From: Picochlorum sp. SENEW3
Taxonomy: Eukaryota
NCBI GenBank assembly: GCA_034226945.1
Contig: CP120454.1
Location: 1,364,001-1,428,000 of the forward strand
DNA: 64,000 nt
Reading direction: 5' to 3'
In this document: positions 22,871 to 35,336 of the stretch, piece by piece
How the letters are laid out: every line of letters starts with the position of its first letter
Position numbering within the stretch: the first letter of the stretch is position 1
Notes under the pieces: generated by a model
What the model was told of the DNA's origin: nothing
The model's input: only the letters and a program-made list of their open reading frames with translations
The model's database searches: none
Translations under genes and position numbers: made by a program

Positions 22871-23561
22871 GCTGTTGTTTCTTGCCTTCGTTGTCTTTTC
22901 TCAATATACACTGTAAAACCTATTCGACAGTGCCAAATACCAATCAAACAACAACACCAGTATGCTTTTCCTTCTATACCAACGTTGTGACTTCTGATAC
23001 CGAGTAAATCAAATCTGTTCTGCACATATACACATAAATAACGTCATTATAGTTCACATCGACCATACAACCCAGCGTTTCCGGGCACGTGTGGTTCCCT
23101 CCCTCTCGTCGAACCACTCAAACCCACCCTCTCCAACCACACACCATCGCATTCACACCATCAATGTAAAAAACATACTGAATGACATACTGTAATCAAA
23201 ACAATACACACAATACAAGACGAGGTGTCTTGGAAGCCCGATCCCGATTCCGAACTGGACAGTATCCAATCGAGCACGCGTAGGAGGGAAGGAAAACCAC
23301 GTCTTCGCATGCACATCTGACCACATACCTTTCACGATTATTATTTTTAGTATACAATGTAATTGGTATGGAGGTGGTGTATCCATGAAACATGTGATGA
23401 ACGCGCTTGCTCGTGGACTACCGGTGGGGCGATGATCGGAGTATCGTAGTATTCGGTCAAGCAAGGTGTTTGATGGGGATGTGTTGTAGGGTTGTAGCTT
23501 CCGGACCGGGAGGAAATGATGCGTGACGTGGACGTGTTTGACTTCCGACAGTCCGACTGTC

Positions 23562-23594
23562 GAAGGTTCTAGAAGGTTCCAATCGATTCTCGAA
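23562..23594. promoter_or_regulatory. Extended heat-shock element (GAAggTTCtaGAAggTTC plus in-phase TTCtcGAA)
   Basis: Six of seven in-register nGAAn/nTTCn units; TGACGTGG at 23524-23531 nearby. Confidence 0.55.
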
Positions 23595-23628
23595 TACTAC
23601 AATGTATATGACTACTAAGATGTTGATT

Positions 23629-25199
23629 CTACACGTCAAGTAAGAGCCTCCTTGGGTCTTCAATGATTTCCTTGATCCTCTTCAAAAATGTGACTGCCTC
23701 TCGTCCATCCACCAGTCTGTGGTCGTAGGTGAGAGCTAAATACATCATGGGGCGGGGGACAACCTGGCCATCTACCACTGCGGGTCTCATCTTGGTTGCA
23801 TGCATGCCCAGGATGGCACTTTGTGGGGGGTTGATGATTGGTGTTCCCATCAGACTACCGAATACACCGCCATTGCTAATGGTGAATGTGCCTCCAGCCA
23901 TCTCGTCGATGGATAATGTTCCATCTCTCGCTTTTCTTCCCATCTCATTGATGGTTTTCTCCACGTCTGCAAACGACATGGTGTCTACATCTCTCAGGAC
24001 TGGGACAACCAATCCTTTGGGCGTTGCCACTGCCACAGACACGTCATAGTAGTCTCTGTAGATGATGTCGTCATCTTCGATGACACCATTCACGGCAGGG
24101 ACCAGCTCCAACGCATTTGCGGCTGCTTTCACAAAGGCTGACATGAACCCTAGCTTGACACCATGGCGCTCTAAGAAATCCTCCTTGTATTCATTCCTCA
24201 TGGCCATGAGGTTTGTCATGTCAACTTCGTTGAATGTTGTCAACATGGCATATGTGTTCTGTGCTCCTTTCAGACGTTCTGCGATTCTTTTGCGTAACCT
24301 CGTCATTTTCACGCGTCGTTCAGATCGTAAACCACCCTGCGGCACATCTGCTGGGGTTGGGGTGGCAGGAGCCTGCTTCTGCTCTTGCTTCGGCGCAGAC
24401 GTCTGAGGAGGAGGAGGAGGAGGAGTCTGTTTCTTCGGTTCTTCTTGCTGTTTGGGAGGCTCTGGAGCCTCGCTTGCTTTTGCATTGTCATCAGCCGATG
24501 ATGATGCTGATGCTTGACCAGCATCTGGTGTCTCCTCAACCTCGGCAAAAGCCTGACCCACCTCTACCGTATCACCCTCTGCAAAATGAATCGCCTTTAC
24601 AGTACCAGGCACTGATTTTTGGTATTTCACATCTATTGTCACCTTGTCAGTCTCCAACTGAGCAATCACATCATCTTCAACGACAACATCTCCTGGTTGC
24701 TTCAGAATAGCAGCCACAGTCCCCTCCGTAATAGATTCGGCCATAGGGGGCACCTCAATTGTCATGCTAGAGAATACCATGCGTGTGCCACTTGTTATCG
24801 TCCGAGAAGGAAAAGACGACCTGCCAATGGGGGTCCATGGCCCTTCTGATGACGAAGCAGGAGTCCAAAACTCGCGGCACCATACCGTGCTATGTGCGAT
24901 GCCTCTACCCTACGATATCCAAGAATATACCATACAATTAGAAGACGAAGAAAAAGACAATACGTGAAGGTGAGGCCTTGGTCTCACAATCGATGGACCA
25001 CCAATCAGAAGGACGCCTTCTGGGCATTGTTTGACACGATCCCTGGGGAATATTACATATAATATAGCATGATTGTGCATAGAAAATGGCCTGATCGTAC
25101 CTCGATCATGGGCGTCGCGTCCAACCCCAACCAGCTGCTGGCATTGGGTTGAAAACGCAGCCTCAGCGCCGCTGCCCTTTGTAACGACCGTCTCAACAT
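23629..25199 (-). CDS. DLST: Mitochondrial 2-oxoglutarate dehydrogenase E2 (dihydrolipoamide succinyltransferase)
   Basis: Lipoyl [16 protein letters not shown] and [12 protein letters not shown] motifs; presequence [10 protein letters not shown] in the 5' exon; intron 24910-25100 keeps the frame. Confidence 0.95.
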
Positions 25200-25435
25200 G
25201 ATGAAAATGAATTCGTCGAGTACTCGGATGCATCTGGTGCATAGGGTTTGTGGCATCATCCTCCCCTCCCGCTGGGAGGGGTATGTCGTAAATAGAACAT
25301 TTCGGACAAAAGCAGTCCCCCGGGGTAGTTGGGATGATTTCAGAAAGATTCATGCGTATGCACCCGAAGCAGCATGGTACTCATTAATTGACATAAAGAT
25401 TTATACTTGATAGTATCTGACCGACAAGAGTATCC

Positions 25436-26116
25436 ATGATCGTGTGGAGAAGGACGAATCTACTCATTGGGCTGGGGATCTTTGCCGCGTTGTGTTTGGC
25501 AGCGAGGCCCGTAGTCGCCAAAGACCCACAGTTTGATGCATCATGGAGTGTTATAGAAGAATGGGACTATTCGGAGGCACAGAATGGGGATATTGACTAT
25601 GAGTATTACGAAGCAATACCGGTCCCCGATATTCCGGACGGGGACAGGCCCCAACTCGGCGAAGACGACACGCCAGAACCAGAGCCAAAGCCGGAGCCAA
25701 GGCCAGAACCAAGGCCGGAGCCAAGGCCAGAACCAAAGCCAGAACCAGAACCGGAGCCTGAACCAGAGCCAGAGCCAGAGCCAGAGCCCATGCCAGTACC
25801 AATTCTGGATCCAGTTGTATTGCCAACAGTCCCAGAGCAAGGAGTGCCAGTCGCGTCAAGAGGTCCGGAACCTCAAATTCTCCCCGTGGTGACAGAGAAT
25901 GCTCCATCTCCTGTGGAAGAGATGATTGTTGCTGAAGCCCCATCTCCATCTATTTCTGCATCAGCTCCCCAAGAGGCAGCAGTTGTGCCCCCTCCATCCC
26001 CTGTTGTGGATGATGTGGCCATTGTGAACGCAGCTTCTTCAGGAGCTGCTTGTGTTAGAGATAGTGCCATCGCTGCAATATTGATCGCGTGCGGGAGCAT
26101 GCTTTTTGTGCGATAA
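25436..26116 (+). CDS. Secreted Pro/Glu-rich cell-surface protein, probably GPI-anchored
   Basis: Signal peptide, (PE/PK/PR)n tract, small-residue omega-like site SSGA followed by a hydrophobic C-terminus. Confidence 0.8.
   Translation: MIVWRRTNLLIGLGIFAALCLAARPVVAKDPQFDASWSVIEEWDYSEAQNGDIDYEYYEAIPVPDIPDGDRPQLGEDDTPEPEPKPEPRPEPRPEPRPEPKPEPEPEPEPEPEPEPEPMPVPILDPVVLPTVPEQGVPVASRGPEPQILPVVTENAPSPVEEMIVAEAPSPSISASAPQEAAVVPPPSPVVDDVAIVNAASSGAACVRDSAIAAILIACGSMLFVR
25672..25789 (+). repeat. Coding 6/12-bp tandem repeat (CCAGAG/CCAGAA/CCAAGG) encoding [12 protein letters not shown]
   Basis: Directly visible tandem repeat. Confidence 0.9.
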
Positions 26117-26418
26117 TCCCGAGTGAGTGTGACAACCATGCATGATTTTTCCTTGTTCTGTTACCTACATCTTCTTCCGTCTATATAGGAGATTCTGTAC
26201 TCTTTTTTTATGTTGTATCAAGTATCCATACAAGTACTGTTGTTTCTTGTAACGCAAACAGATGTTTCTTTTGAACAGCCACGAGCATTTAAAAAAGAAG
26301 ATGATGTTAAAAAATAGCCAACCACCATCTCGACATGTCCTCATAAACTTCAGGTTCCCGCCCTCTTCAATCCTGATGAAAATAGTATACTAATATTCTT
26401 ACATCCTTTCATGCCCAT

Positions 26419-28767
26419 ATGAGTCAGTCTACTACCCTAGAAATTGTCAATAGTCCTTCACAGGTGGGTATTTTCTGCCATGACAGTTGCCACAGAATAT
26501 CTCTTGACAATAGTATTTAGCACAGTATTTACCCCTTCTATATGTTACATTATAGGATTTAGCAAAGACAAATTGTGTGTTTGCATCCCCTGGGGACGCT
26601 GCTCGGATTTCGAGCTATATTCAGATTGGAGATTTGTACGTGTCTTTTTCTTGGTGCTTTTTTCACTATTCCAGTCGCATATGACATTCGTACTACATTT
26701 CTATCATTATTATGTAGTGTATTCACAGTCAGAGGGGATGCGTCCGTGGCGGAAGGGTCCCTTGGGTTGAACTCTGCTCAGCGAAAACTGATCAGAGTCT
26801 CAACTGGCGATCGAGTTTCCTATACTCCCTTTGATGTTGCACAAGCAGGGCCACCTGTGGCTGTGATTCATGCAAAGATTGAGTATTTCACCTCGAAGAA
26901 GAATGTGCGGAGGGATGAGAAGGAGTTTGATGCCAAGGAATTGATGGGTCATGTGACTCGTCGGTTTGGAGGGCAGGTATTGACGGTGCATCAGACGATT
27001 CTCTTCGAGTATATTGGGTCGAATTATATGTTGACAGTGAATGATATTCTTGCTGCAACGACCGACGCGGAGAAGATGTCGATGCATCGAGGTGTGTTGT
27101 TGCCAGAGACTGAGATTGTGTTTGAAACGGTGCCTGGGTCTGGGATCAAGGTGACTGGTCAAAAGGCAATGACGTCTCAAATATTCAAGCAGAAGGAGTT
27201 TAATTTCGAAGCGCTGGGGATTGGTGGTCTTGATAGTCAGTTTGAGAAGATATTTAGGAGGGCGTTTGCCTCCCGAATTTTCCCACCAGATATGCTGGAT
27301 AGATTGGGGATTCATCATGTCAAGGGAGTCTTGCTGCATGGTCCTCCTGGCACGGGTAAAACGTTGATTGCGAGGCAGATTGGGAAAATGTTGAATGGAA
27401 AAGAGCCCAAAATTGTGAATGGTCCTGAAATTTTGTCGAAATATGTGGGTGCATCGGAGGAAAATGTGAGAAAATTGTTTGAAGAGGCTGAGCAGGAATA
27501 TCGCGAGATGGGGGATGCATCAGAATTGCATGTTATTATTTTTGATGAGATTGATGCCATTTGCAAGCAGAGAGGAAGTGTTCAGAGCGGTACTGGGGTT
27601 CATGATACAGTTGTGAACCAGCTTTTGACCAAAATTGATGGCGTGGATGCACTGAATAATATTTTGTTGATTGGTATGACGAATAGACGAGACATGCTTG
27701 ATGATGCCTTGCTTCGACCAGGAAGACTCGAGGTGCAGGTTGAGATTGGCCTTCCTGACGACAGCGGTCGATTGCAAATTCTTCAAATCCACACTGCAAA
27801 GATGAGCAAGAACTCCTTCCTCGCGGACGACGTGGACTTGTTTGAGTTGGCAACGAGAACAAAGAACTTTAGTGGTGCAGAGCTGGAAGGATTGGTGAAG
27901 AGTGCTGCAAGTTTCGCTCTGAACAGACAGATCGATGTGAATAATTTAAACAAAACTATTGATGAAGATAATATCAAAGTGTGCATGCAAGATTTCATCA
28001 CGGCCATGGAGGAAGTGATCCCAGCCTTTGGAGCAACAGTGGATGTGCTGAATTCCTATCGCTTGCACGGCATGGTGGATTATGGACCTCGATATCAGCA
28101 GATTGTATCCTCCTGCAAGACATTGGTCCGACAGGTTGAAAACTCGGAAAATAATCCTTTGGTAACTGCATTACTGGAAGGCCCGCCAGGATCAGGAAAA
28201 ACAGCCCTGGCATCGACAATTGCCTTGGAGAGCGAATTTCCTCTGGTCAAAATGGTGTCTGCCGAGTCCATGGTGGGCATGTCGGAGGCAGCAAAATGCC
28301 ATGCAATTTCAAAAATATTCGACGATGCGTACAAATCGCCCCTATCATTCGTTATTCTGGATGAGATTGAGCGATTATTAGAGTATGTTCCCATTGGCCC
28401 CAGATTCTCAAATGCCGTCCTGCAAACCATTCTCGTCCTGCTGAAAAAGCCACCGCCCGAGGGGAGACGACTGTTTGTCATCGGAACAACATCCGCTGGA
28501 CTCGTCATGGAAGACATGGATGTCACGTCGACATTCAATGTCCAGATTCATGTCCCTCAACTGACTCGATCTGAAATGAAGGCAGTCCTGCTCCACCAGA
28601 GAGCATTCAGCCAGGCACATGTAGATATCGCTGTACAGGAAGTTCCAGACGGCACATCCATCAAGAGGCTTCTTCTTTTACTTGATCTCGCTCGACAAGG
28701 ACTGCCAGCAGAGCAGATGGAGATTCCAATTTCAAACTGGACCAGTGTCATTCAAGAATTGTTGTAA
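26419..28767 (+). CDS. NSF: Vesicle-fusing ATPase NSF/Sec18
   Basis: GIGGLD.QF..IFRRAFASR, GPPGTGKT, NGPEILSKYVG, PIGPRFSN; introns 26464-26555 and 26636-26717 restore the N-terminus MSQSTTLEIVNSPSQDLAKTN. Confidence 0.96.
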
Positions 28768-28868
28768 GTACAAAAATGACGAGATGCATGGCGTCACAAC
28801 ATTGCATGTGACCACTTTATCAATAACCCCGTGTTCGCATTCCTCAATACCAATAGTAGTATTTAGTA

Positions 28869-29654
28869 ATGTCTTCTAGAATTCTTTATTCCAATAGACC
28901 ATTCTTCCGAATTCCTGTGCAACGAGGCAGCATTGTTCAACGCGCCATGTCACAACAACCGGTACCCAACCCAGAAGAATACAGTAAGCGATGGGAGATC
29001 ATGTGGCAGGGAGGTAATGGCCAATTTGAAGTTAAAAATGGGGACGGAGGGATCCTGAAACCAGGGCAATCATTTGATGCTGGGAAAAGTCCACCCCACT
29101 TGACCGAGTGCTTGGCTCAGAACAAACTGGGGGATATTTCCAATGCATCAGTCTTGATTCCTGGGTGTGGACGAGGATACGATGTGATTAGTTTTGCGCG
29201 GTATGCAAAGCGCGTGACTGGCTTGGAGCTTGCTCCTACTGCTGTTGCAGCTGCACATGACAAGCTGAGGGAAGATCTGCCAGAGGATCTCTTAGCAAAG
29301 GCGGATGTCGTCTCTGGAGACTTTTTCGGCCCTTCGGAACAGCAATATGATATTGGGTATGATTATACGTTTTTCTGTGCCATTTCTCCGGCCATGAGAG
29401 ATGGCTGGGCCAGTTCTTGGGCAGCCCGCATCAGAGATGATGGTCTTCTTGTCACCTCGATTTTCCCAGTATTCGAGGATAGATCTCAGCAGGGACCACC
29501 ATGGCCTGTTTGGCCAGAGTTGTACGCGGAGAAGTTAGAACAACATGGGTTCTCGTTGCAATCCCTTGAGAAGGTTCCAGATGAGGGAAGCCATCCAGGC
29601 AGGGAAGGTAAAGAGTATCTGGCTGTGTGGAAGAAGAATGCGACCAAGCACTGA
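28869..29654 (+). CDS. Thiol/halide S-methyltransferase (HOL/TPMT family)
   Basis: VLIPGCGRGYDV SAM motif, GDFF, YDYTFFCAI and GPPW motifs; N-terminal transit-like extension. Confidence 0.9.
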   Translation: MSSRILYSNRPFFRIPVQRGSIVQRAMSQQPVPNPEEYSKRWEIMWQGGNGQFEVKNGDGGILKPGQSFDAGKSPPHLTECLAQNKLGDISNASVLIPGCGRGYDVISFARYAKRVTGLELAPTAVAAAHDKLREDLPEDLLAKADVVSGDFFGPSEQQYDIGYDYTFFCAISPAMRDGWASSWAARIRDDGLLVTSIFPVFEDRSQQGPPWPVWPELYAEKLEQHGFSLQSLEKVPDEGSHPGREGKEYLAVWKKNATKH

Positions 29655-29830
29655 TTCAGCTTTCTGTCTCTTCTGTATGTGTGTTTTTGAAGAAGAGGAA
29701 TCGTGTGCCATGGATGGACACACAGTATGCTTGGCCTTGTGTGGATGATATTCTTTTTTACAGAGTCATGATGGTGGTATATATACCAGTCCGATACCTG
29801 TAATACATTTCATATGATATAAATACAACA

Positions 29831-30893
29831 ATGTACACCTGTTCCATACGCCCAATAGGCGCATCGAAAGGTGTGGAAGGAATTCATGTGCACAACCTCA
29901 GAGGAGCACGATGTGTTGGTGGGCACCACGGACGCCTTTTTGTACGCAGAGACTGTATTCGAGATGTAGTATGCCAAGCAAAGGGTACAAAACGGGACAA
30001 GAAACCAGTCATAGAACAGTTCAGACCTCCATCGAAGGCACGTAGCACGTGTATTGAATGTTTTCATTATTCTCGCCCTGCATTTGCCTGATGGTGCCAT
30101 GACATGTTCATTTTGAATTGTTTTGTAGGAAGAAGCATCCCTTCGAGCCGAGGCTGAAGCTCCTTTTAGGTCTTTCAGGATAGTATTGTTTGGTTTTGGT
30201 GGTGTGAGTGCAGTTCTCGCCACTCTCTTCTCCATACCCACGTTGATAGGTGCTCTAGCTGGGGCTCCAAATGCTAAATCATTGACAGATGCGTTCCAAG
30301 ACATCGTTATCAATGTGGCTGCGCTTGGTGTGTGTGGATATTTGTTGCGAGGTGACTTGCAAGCGAGGGAGAAACAAATGGCTCGTCTGATGCGTGAAGA
30401 CCAGCTTGGGATGTGTCAGGTTGAGCTTTCAAATTCAAAAATGTTACGTTTAGGTCAGCTTAGAGGGTCGGCGAGGCCTGTCATTATTGTTGGGACGAAG
30501 AATCAAGTGGCAGGGGCATTGCAACAGGCTGAAAAGTTCAGAGAGGCGTTAGAAGAGCGAGGTGTGTTGATCATAGCGATTCCAATGTATGAATCTTCTT
30601 CACAAGGATCAGAGGAGGAGGAGCAAGGATTGGATATTCCAGAGCTGACGGACAAGGATTTACGATGGAGAGCAAAGCCATTGAGAGTACAGGAGTGGAA
30701 GTCATGGTTTGATGAGCAGGCTGCTGCAAGTGGCAAGTCTGCAGATCAAGGGTTGTACGTGGGACTGCGATTGGATGGGAGAGTGAGAGCGAGTGGGCGT
30801 GGATGTCCACCGTGGGATGCGTTCGCAGCGCAATTGCCACCAACAGATGGCTTTTTCGGAGAATTCCTGGATGGGATGGACGGAGTCGTGTGA
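29831..30893 (+). CDS. LPA1: LOW PSII ACCUMULATION 1-like protein (DUF3493)
   Basis: LRAEAEAPFRSFR, two TM helices, LRGSARPVI, GLRLDGRVRASGRGCPPW; probable GC-AG intron 30038-30128. Confidence 0.88.
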
Positions 30894-30933
30894 TTTGCGT
30901 TCTACATCATAGCAACAGAATTCTTTTTCTTTT

Positions 30934-32643
30934 TTACAATGCACGTGGAATGAATACATTAAAAACCTGTTTAAGAATATCTTTCCTTATGACAATGTGC
31001 GGAAGATACTGGCCCACACTGCATGCCATGACACAGACAAAGAGATGGATGAGACTTATTCAACACTCTTTCATCGTACGAAAAGATTCATCAACCTACC
31101 TTTTTGCCACATATCGTTTGAATGTGTTCCTGGAAAGCCCGTCTTTGGATATCTGTTCAACAGCTGGGTACAGTCGAGCTCCCTGTGTATCAATTGAATA
31201 GTCTGCTACTAAAACCCATGCATCATCTCCATCTTGTGAGAAGGAGAAGCAGGCAACAAGGGTGGTGAGGATCAAGGCCGCTGCTAGAGATCCACACCAG
31301 GATTGAGTGTGGTCGTACACGAACAGGACAGACTTCCCATGGGCGAGATGCCGTGATGCGAATTCCACAACAGCAGGACTTGCACATACCACCCGGTGCT
31401 TTCCCAATACTCGTGGCAGCCACAGATGCCTGGCTATCGATCCCGTACTTTCGGCGCTCTCATCAACTACTAATTGAACAATTTGATTGTCCTTGCTACG
31501 CATGCCGCCCCCAGATATACTCGTACATGGACATGTTTCCAAGCTCTCTTCACCAATCATGGCAGTCAGATCATGGCCACTAAGATTTACGACTGCCATC
31601 GTGTCATTGCTACAAAAAGCTTCTTTTTGACGTGTAAAATACGCTAGAGATACCATTCCCATGTTTGTCCTCGGCACCCACAGCACGCCCGGGTCACTCT
31701 GTGCCATGACACTCTGGGTATTCTCTTGTACTAATGTCTTCACAAGATGTACCACGTCAGCGGGGTCTGTATTCAGAATCACGTCATAGTGTTTCCAAAA
31801 TATATCTGGCGTCAACCCACAGGCCCAGCTCTCCTCGTCATCCCCAGCACCTGGAATATAATCATACACAATATTGGTATACTGAGGCAGTGACAATCTT
31901 TCCCGAACCCCATATTTTGATGCTGATACAAGAACAATCATCGGTCCACCCTCTGGAACATTCTCTGGAACATTCCTTCTACACTGATCAATCCAGCAAC
32001 ACATCAAAGGCTTGCGCATCTCTGACGCAAGCCCTGACATGTCCACACCAGACTGCAACAAACCCTGACACCAACCATCAACCCTCTGCTCTATTTGCCA
32101 TTGCTCATGCTCAGATACCCAATCAGGAAGACAGAGGTCTGATTCCGTCATACATGGCATGTCATGCTCACGTTGATACTGTAACACTGCGGTATTCAAT
32201 ACATGTGCCCACACAGGGACAGTCTTGCTCAGTGCATCTGGGTATCTTTTCCCTCGCCTTGTGGCATCCACAATAATGCACCCACCACACGCCACAGCCT
32301 TTTCAGCAACATGTAGATTCAATCTCGTCAGACTGAACGACCACTGCCCTGTATGCCCATCCGTGGATTTGAAGTAGCACGTACCATCCATGTCTTGGGC
32401 AGAGGTATACCAGGCACCACACCTTAGGTTTCCAAACACTGGAAGCCCTGTTTCTTCAGCAATCTCCCTCACAAAGATACTATCATGCATAATAGATGCC
32501 ACACAATTGAACAACCCATGCTCCCTCTTCTTCACATCCTTCAACACAGCTGAGATGGAAGGCTGGTGGTTGCACAGGAACAAGTCCATGCCTGGAACAC
32601 ATGACAATTTCGACTCATTCTGCAACCTATCAAATTCATCCAT
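30934..32643 (-). CDS. RIT1: Initiator tRNA A64-2'-O-ribosylphosphate transferase
   Basis: NLRCGAWY, CYFKSTDGH, DATRRGKRYPDALSKTVPVW, YIPGAGDDEESW; intron 31019-31099 adds the C-terminal LKQVFN exon. Confidence 0.93.
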
Positions 32644-33008
32644 TATTATTATTATTATTACTAGTAGTAGTGTTATGGAAACAAAGTATGCATCAGGATC
32701 AGAACAATGGACATTGTCTTATTGTTGTTGCATGACATGTGGCTGTGAAAATTCAGACAACCTGCTGAACGACACTCATTGATCCTGGTTCTACATACTC
32801 AAAACACACGAATTTTTATATAAAATAAATCAATTACAGCATGACGGAAACCAACAATCTGGGTTACTCTTTTTTTTTTTCTCTTTCCAGACAAGGAAGG
32901 ACAATGCATTGTTGGCTGTCCTTCCATGGCAACAGTTCATTGTTCACGGGTTTGAAAGACACATGTCGTGCACCATATTGAATCACATTGTCCGATATTA
33001 CACACATA

Positions 33009-33674
33009 TTATGCATACTCTGAAAGAGCAACCTGGTGGTACACAGACTCTGAGACAAATGGGATATCAGCATAGTATCCACGAAGAGTCCAGAACACAG
33101 CATACACCACAGTACCCATACAGGTTGTCCACATAAACATATCTACGAAATGAGAAATCACAGACCACTTGATCTCGGCTGGCAAATACGCCTTGACAAT
33201 GTGCATCAACATGACCACAATATCCAGCATGATTGCTTGCATACAATTGAACCTCACAAAATGATGCAATTTCTTATTCTTGACAATAGACAAGAACATG
33301 ACGAAGAAAATAATCAGAGGAGCAAACTGCGATGAAAAGTATACCTTTGCCAATGGACCAGGAACCAGATATAACACCAGCAAATTCCTGAATCGTCTGT
33401 ACACCTCCCTGCCCAGGGAGATGGAATCAATCCAAGGAACCAAGTAGCAGAGCGCAGCAAACACTCGCCAAAACAAGGTTGGAGGCCCTTGATTTGCTGC
33501 GGCATCCGATGACGCATCCATAGAGTCAGGATCGCCAGCACGCGCGCGGAATGTCTCTACCTGCTGCCCTTGCACATCACCTCGTCTGCTTCTGCTGCTG
33601 TTGCTCTTGATCATGGGCTGAGCCACGGTACGAGGAAGGAATCCCCCTATCTGCTGTCTATATACTACCGCCAT
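33009..33674 (-). CDS. TIC20: Chloroplast inner envelope Tic20-family protein
   Basis: Transit peptide; AALCYLVP, HFVRFNCMQAIMLDI and G.YADIPFVSE motifs. Confidence 0.9.
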   Translation of the reverse strand: MAVVYRQQIGGFLPRTVAQPMIKSNSSRSRRGDVQGQQVETFRARAGDPDSMDASSDAAANQGPPTLFWRVFAALCYLVPWIDSISLGREVYRRFRNLLVLYLVPGPLAKVYFSSQFAPLIIFFVMFLSIVKNKKLHHFVRFNCMQAIMLDIVVMLMHIVKAYLPAEIKWSVISHFVDMFMWTTCMGTVVYAVFWTLRGYYADIPFVSESVYHQVALSEYA

Positions 33675-34283
33675 TCTACCTTTATTACTACTATGAGCTG
33701 CATTGTCTGCATCGGCAATCACTTAAATAGTCAGAAGAGTGTGTCTTTGCCATGACATTGAGAGACTCAGAACCAGAGATGGATACACCCCTCGATCCAA
33801 CAGTATAACTATCCTCGACAGTGTTTCTTTCTTCCATCAGTCTCAGTTTTATCCAAAAGCGTAACGTACCAGAGACGCATGGTCGCACCGCCATGGCGAC
33901 TGCTCCACTTCGAAGTCCACAGAGAGTACTCATTGTACTACTATATCATCAAATGTAAATCAGTGAATACGGAGGTACCGTATATCCGATGTTTCATGGC
34001 AATGTGGGCGGAATCGCCGGGATATCTCGATATTCTTAAATGTTTATCTAAGGAATGCCGAATACTCTGTCTCATTTCCTTTCAAATTCAAACCCCGGAT
34101 GGATTCCGTCGTCTTTGGAGATTTTCTTCAATGTCAATTTTATTATTGATATATATAGTCTATAAATTGTTTCAAGTGATCGTGCGAGTACTGAATTGTG
34201 TCCTGGGGTTGTTTTGAGACTGGCAGACAGAGAGCGGTGGTGGTGGTTGCCAAGGCAACACAGCAGTTTTTGAGTGTGATACG

Positions 34284-35279
34284 ATGGATGATCAGAAGAA
34301 AAGTATAGATTCTGTTCTTGAGAAACCATTAGATGATGCGGTGGAGGCATGGGAGAGGTTGGATGATGCGGCTTTGACGGACGAGGTGGTGGCATATTAT
34401 GACGCACTGGCAGACGTGACGCAGCGAGTGGAAGGTGTGATGGGGCATCACTACCGGCGAGGGGATACCGAGACGCCTTCTAATGGTCTTGTTGACTCTC
34501 AAGGGCCATCGGCGCAGGGAGGGAGTGGTGCTGTAGAAGAGACGGGCAATGGGGACCAGCAGAAGCAGAAGAAGGAGGGGCAGGTTGATGATGCGCTGGG
34601 GGTGGAAGGCGTTGATTTCTACGAAGGGAGTTTAGACGATGTGGATCCAAGCGAGTGGCAGGTACCCCCTCATTGTATACCAATCCATACGGATGTGGTG
34701 AGATATGATTGGACAGCGCTGAGTCGGGCGTGTCAGTTTGATGTCATCATGATGGATCCACCGTGGCAGTTGGCCACGGCGAATCCGACGCGAGGTGTTG
34801 CTCTTGGGTATTCTCAGCTCACTGATAAAGATATACAGAATCTTCCGATACCAAAGCTTCAGAAGAATGGGTTCCTTTTTATATGGGTGATCAATGCCAA
34901 GTACCAATTCACGCTGGATTTGTTTGAGCAGTGGGGGTACACCTTGGTGGATGAAATTGTATGGGTGAAGATGACTGTGAATAGGAGATTGGCAAAGTCG
35001 CATGGGTTTTATCTTCAGCATGCAAAGGAAGTGTGTTTGGTGGGAAAGAGAGGGGATGATATTCCTGGGATGAAAAAGGGTGTGAAATCTGATATCATCT
35101 ATGCTGAGAGGAGAGGGCAGAGTCAAAAGCCAGAAGAGATTTATGAGTTGATAGAGGACTTGGTTCCGAATGGAAAATATTTGGAAATATTCGGGAGGAA
35201 AAATAATCTAAAGAATTTCTGGGTGACTGTGGGAAATGAAGTAACAGGCCAAGGCTTGCCGCCTCAGTCACCTGCGTAA
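34284..35279 (+). CDS. AMT1: MT-A70 family N6-adenine methyltransferase, MTA1/AMT1 (DNA 6mA) clade
   Basis: DVIMMDPPWQL..ANPTRGVALGY, WVINAKY, HGFYLQHAKE, ERRGQSQKPEEIY and GNE motifs. Confidence 0.88.
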   Translation: MDDQKKSIDSVLEKPLDDAVEAWERLDDAALTDEVVAYYDALADVTQRVEGVMGHHYRRGDTETPSNGLVDSQGPSAQGGSGAVEETGNGDQQKQKKEGQVDDALGVEGVDFYEGSLDDVDPSEWQVPPHCIPIHTDVVRYDWTALSRACQFDVIMMDPPWQLATANPTRGVALGYSQLTDKDIQNLPIPKLQKNGFLFIWVINAKYQFTLDLFEQWGYTLVDEIVWVKMTVNRRLAKSHGFYLQHAKEVCLVGKRGDDIPGMKKGVKSDIIYAERRGQSQKPEEIYELIEDLVPNGKYLEIFGRKNNLKNFWVTVGNEVTGQGLPPQSPA

Positions 35280-35336
35280 AGGGCAGAGTATAATGATGAT
35301 GAGGAGCATCGTGTCATATTACATGTAAATAGATAC

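Noticed and set aside
25672..25789. Short repeat array as a possible CRISPR
   Set aside because: Coding Pro-Glu minisatellite without spacers, in a eukaryotic genome.
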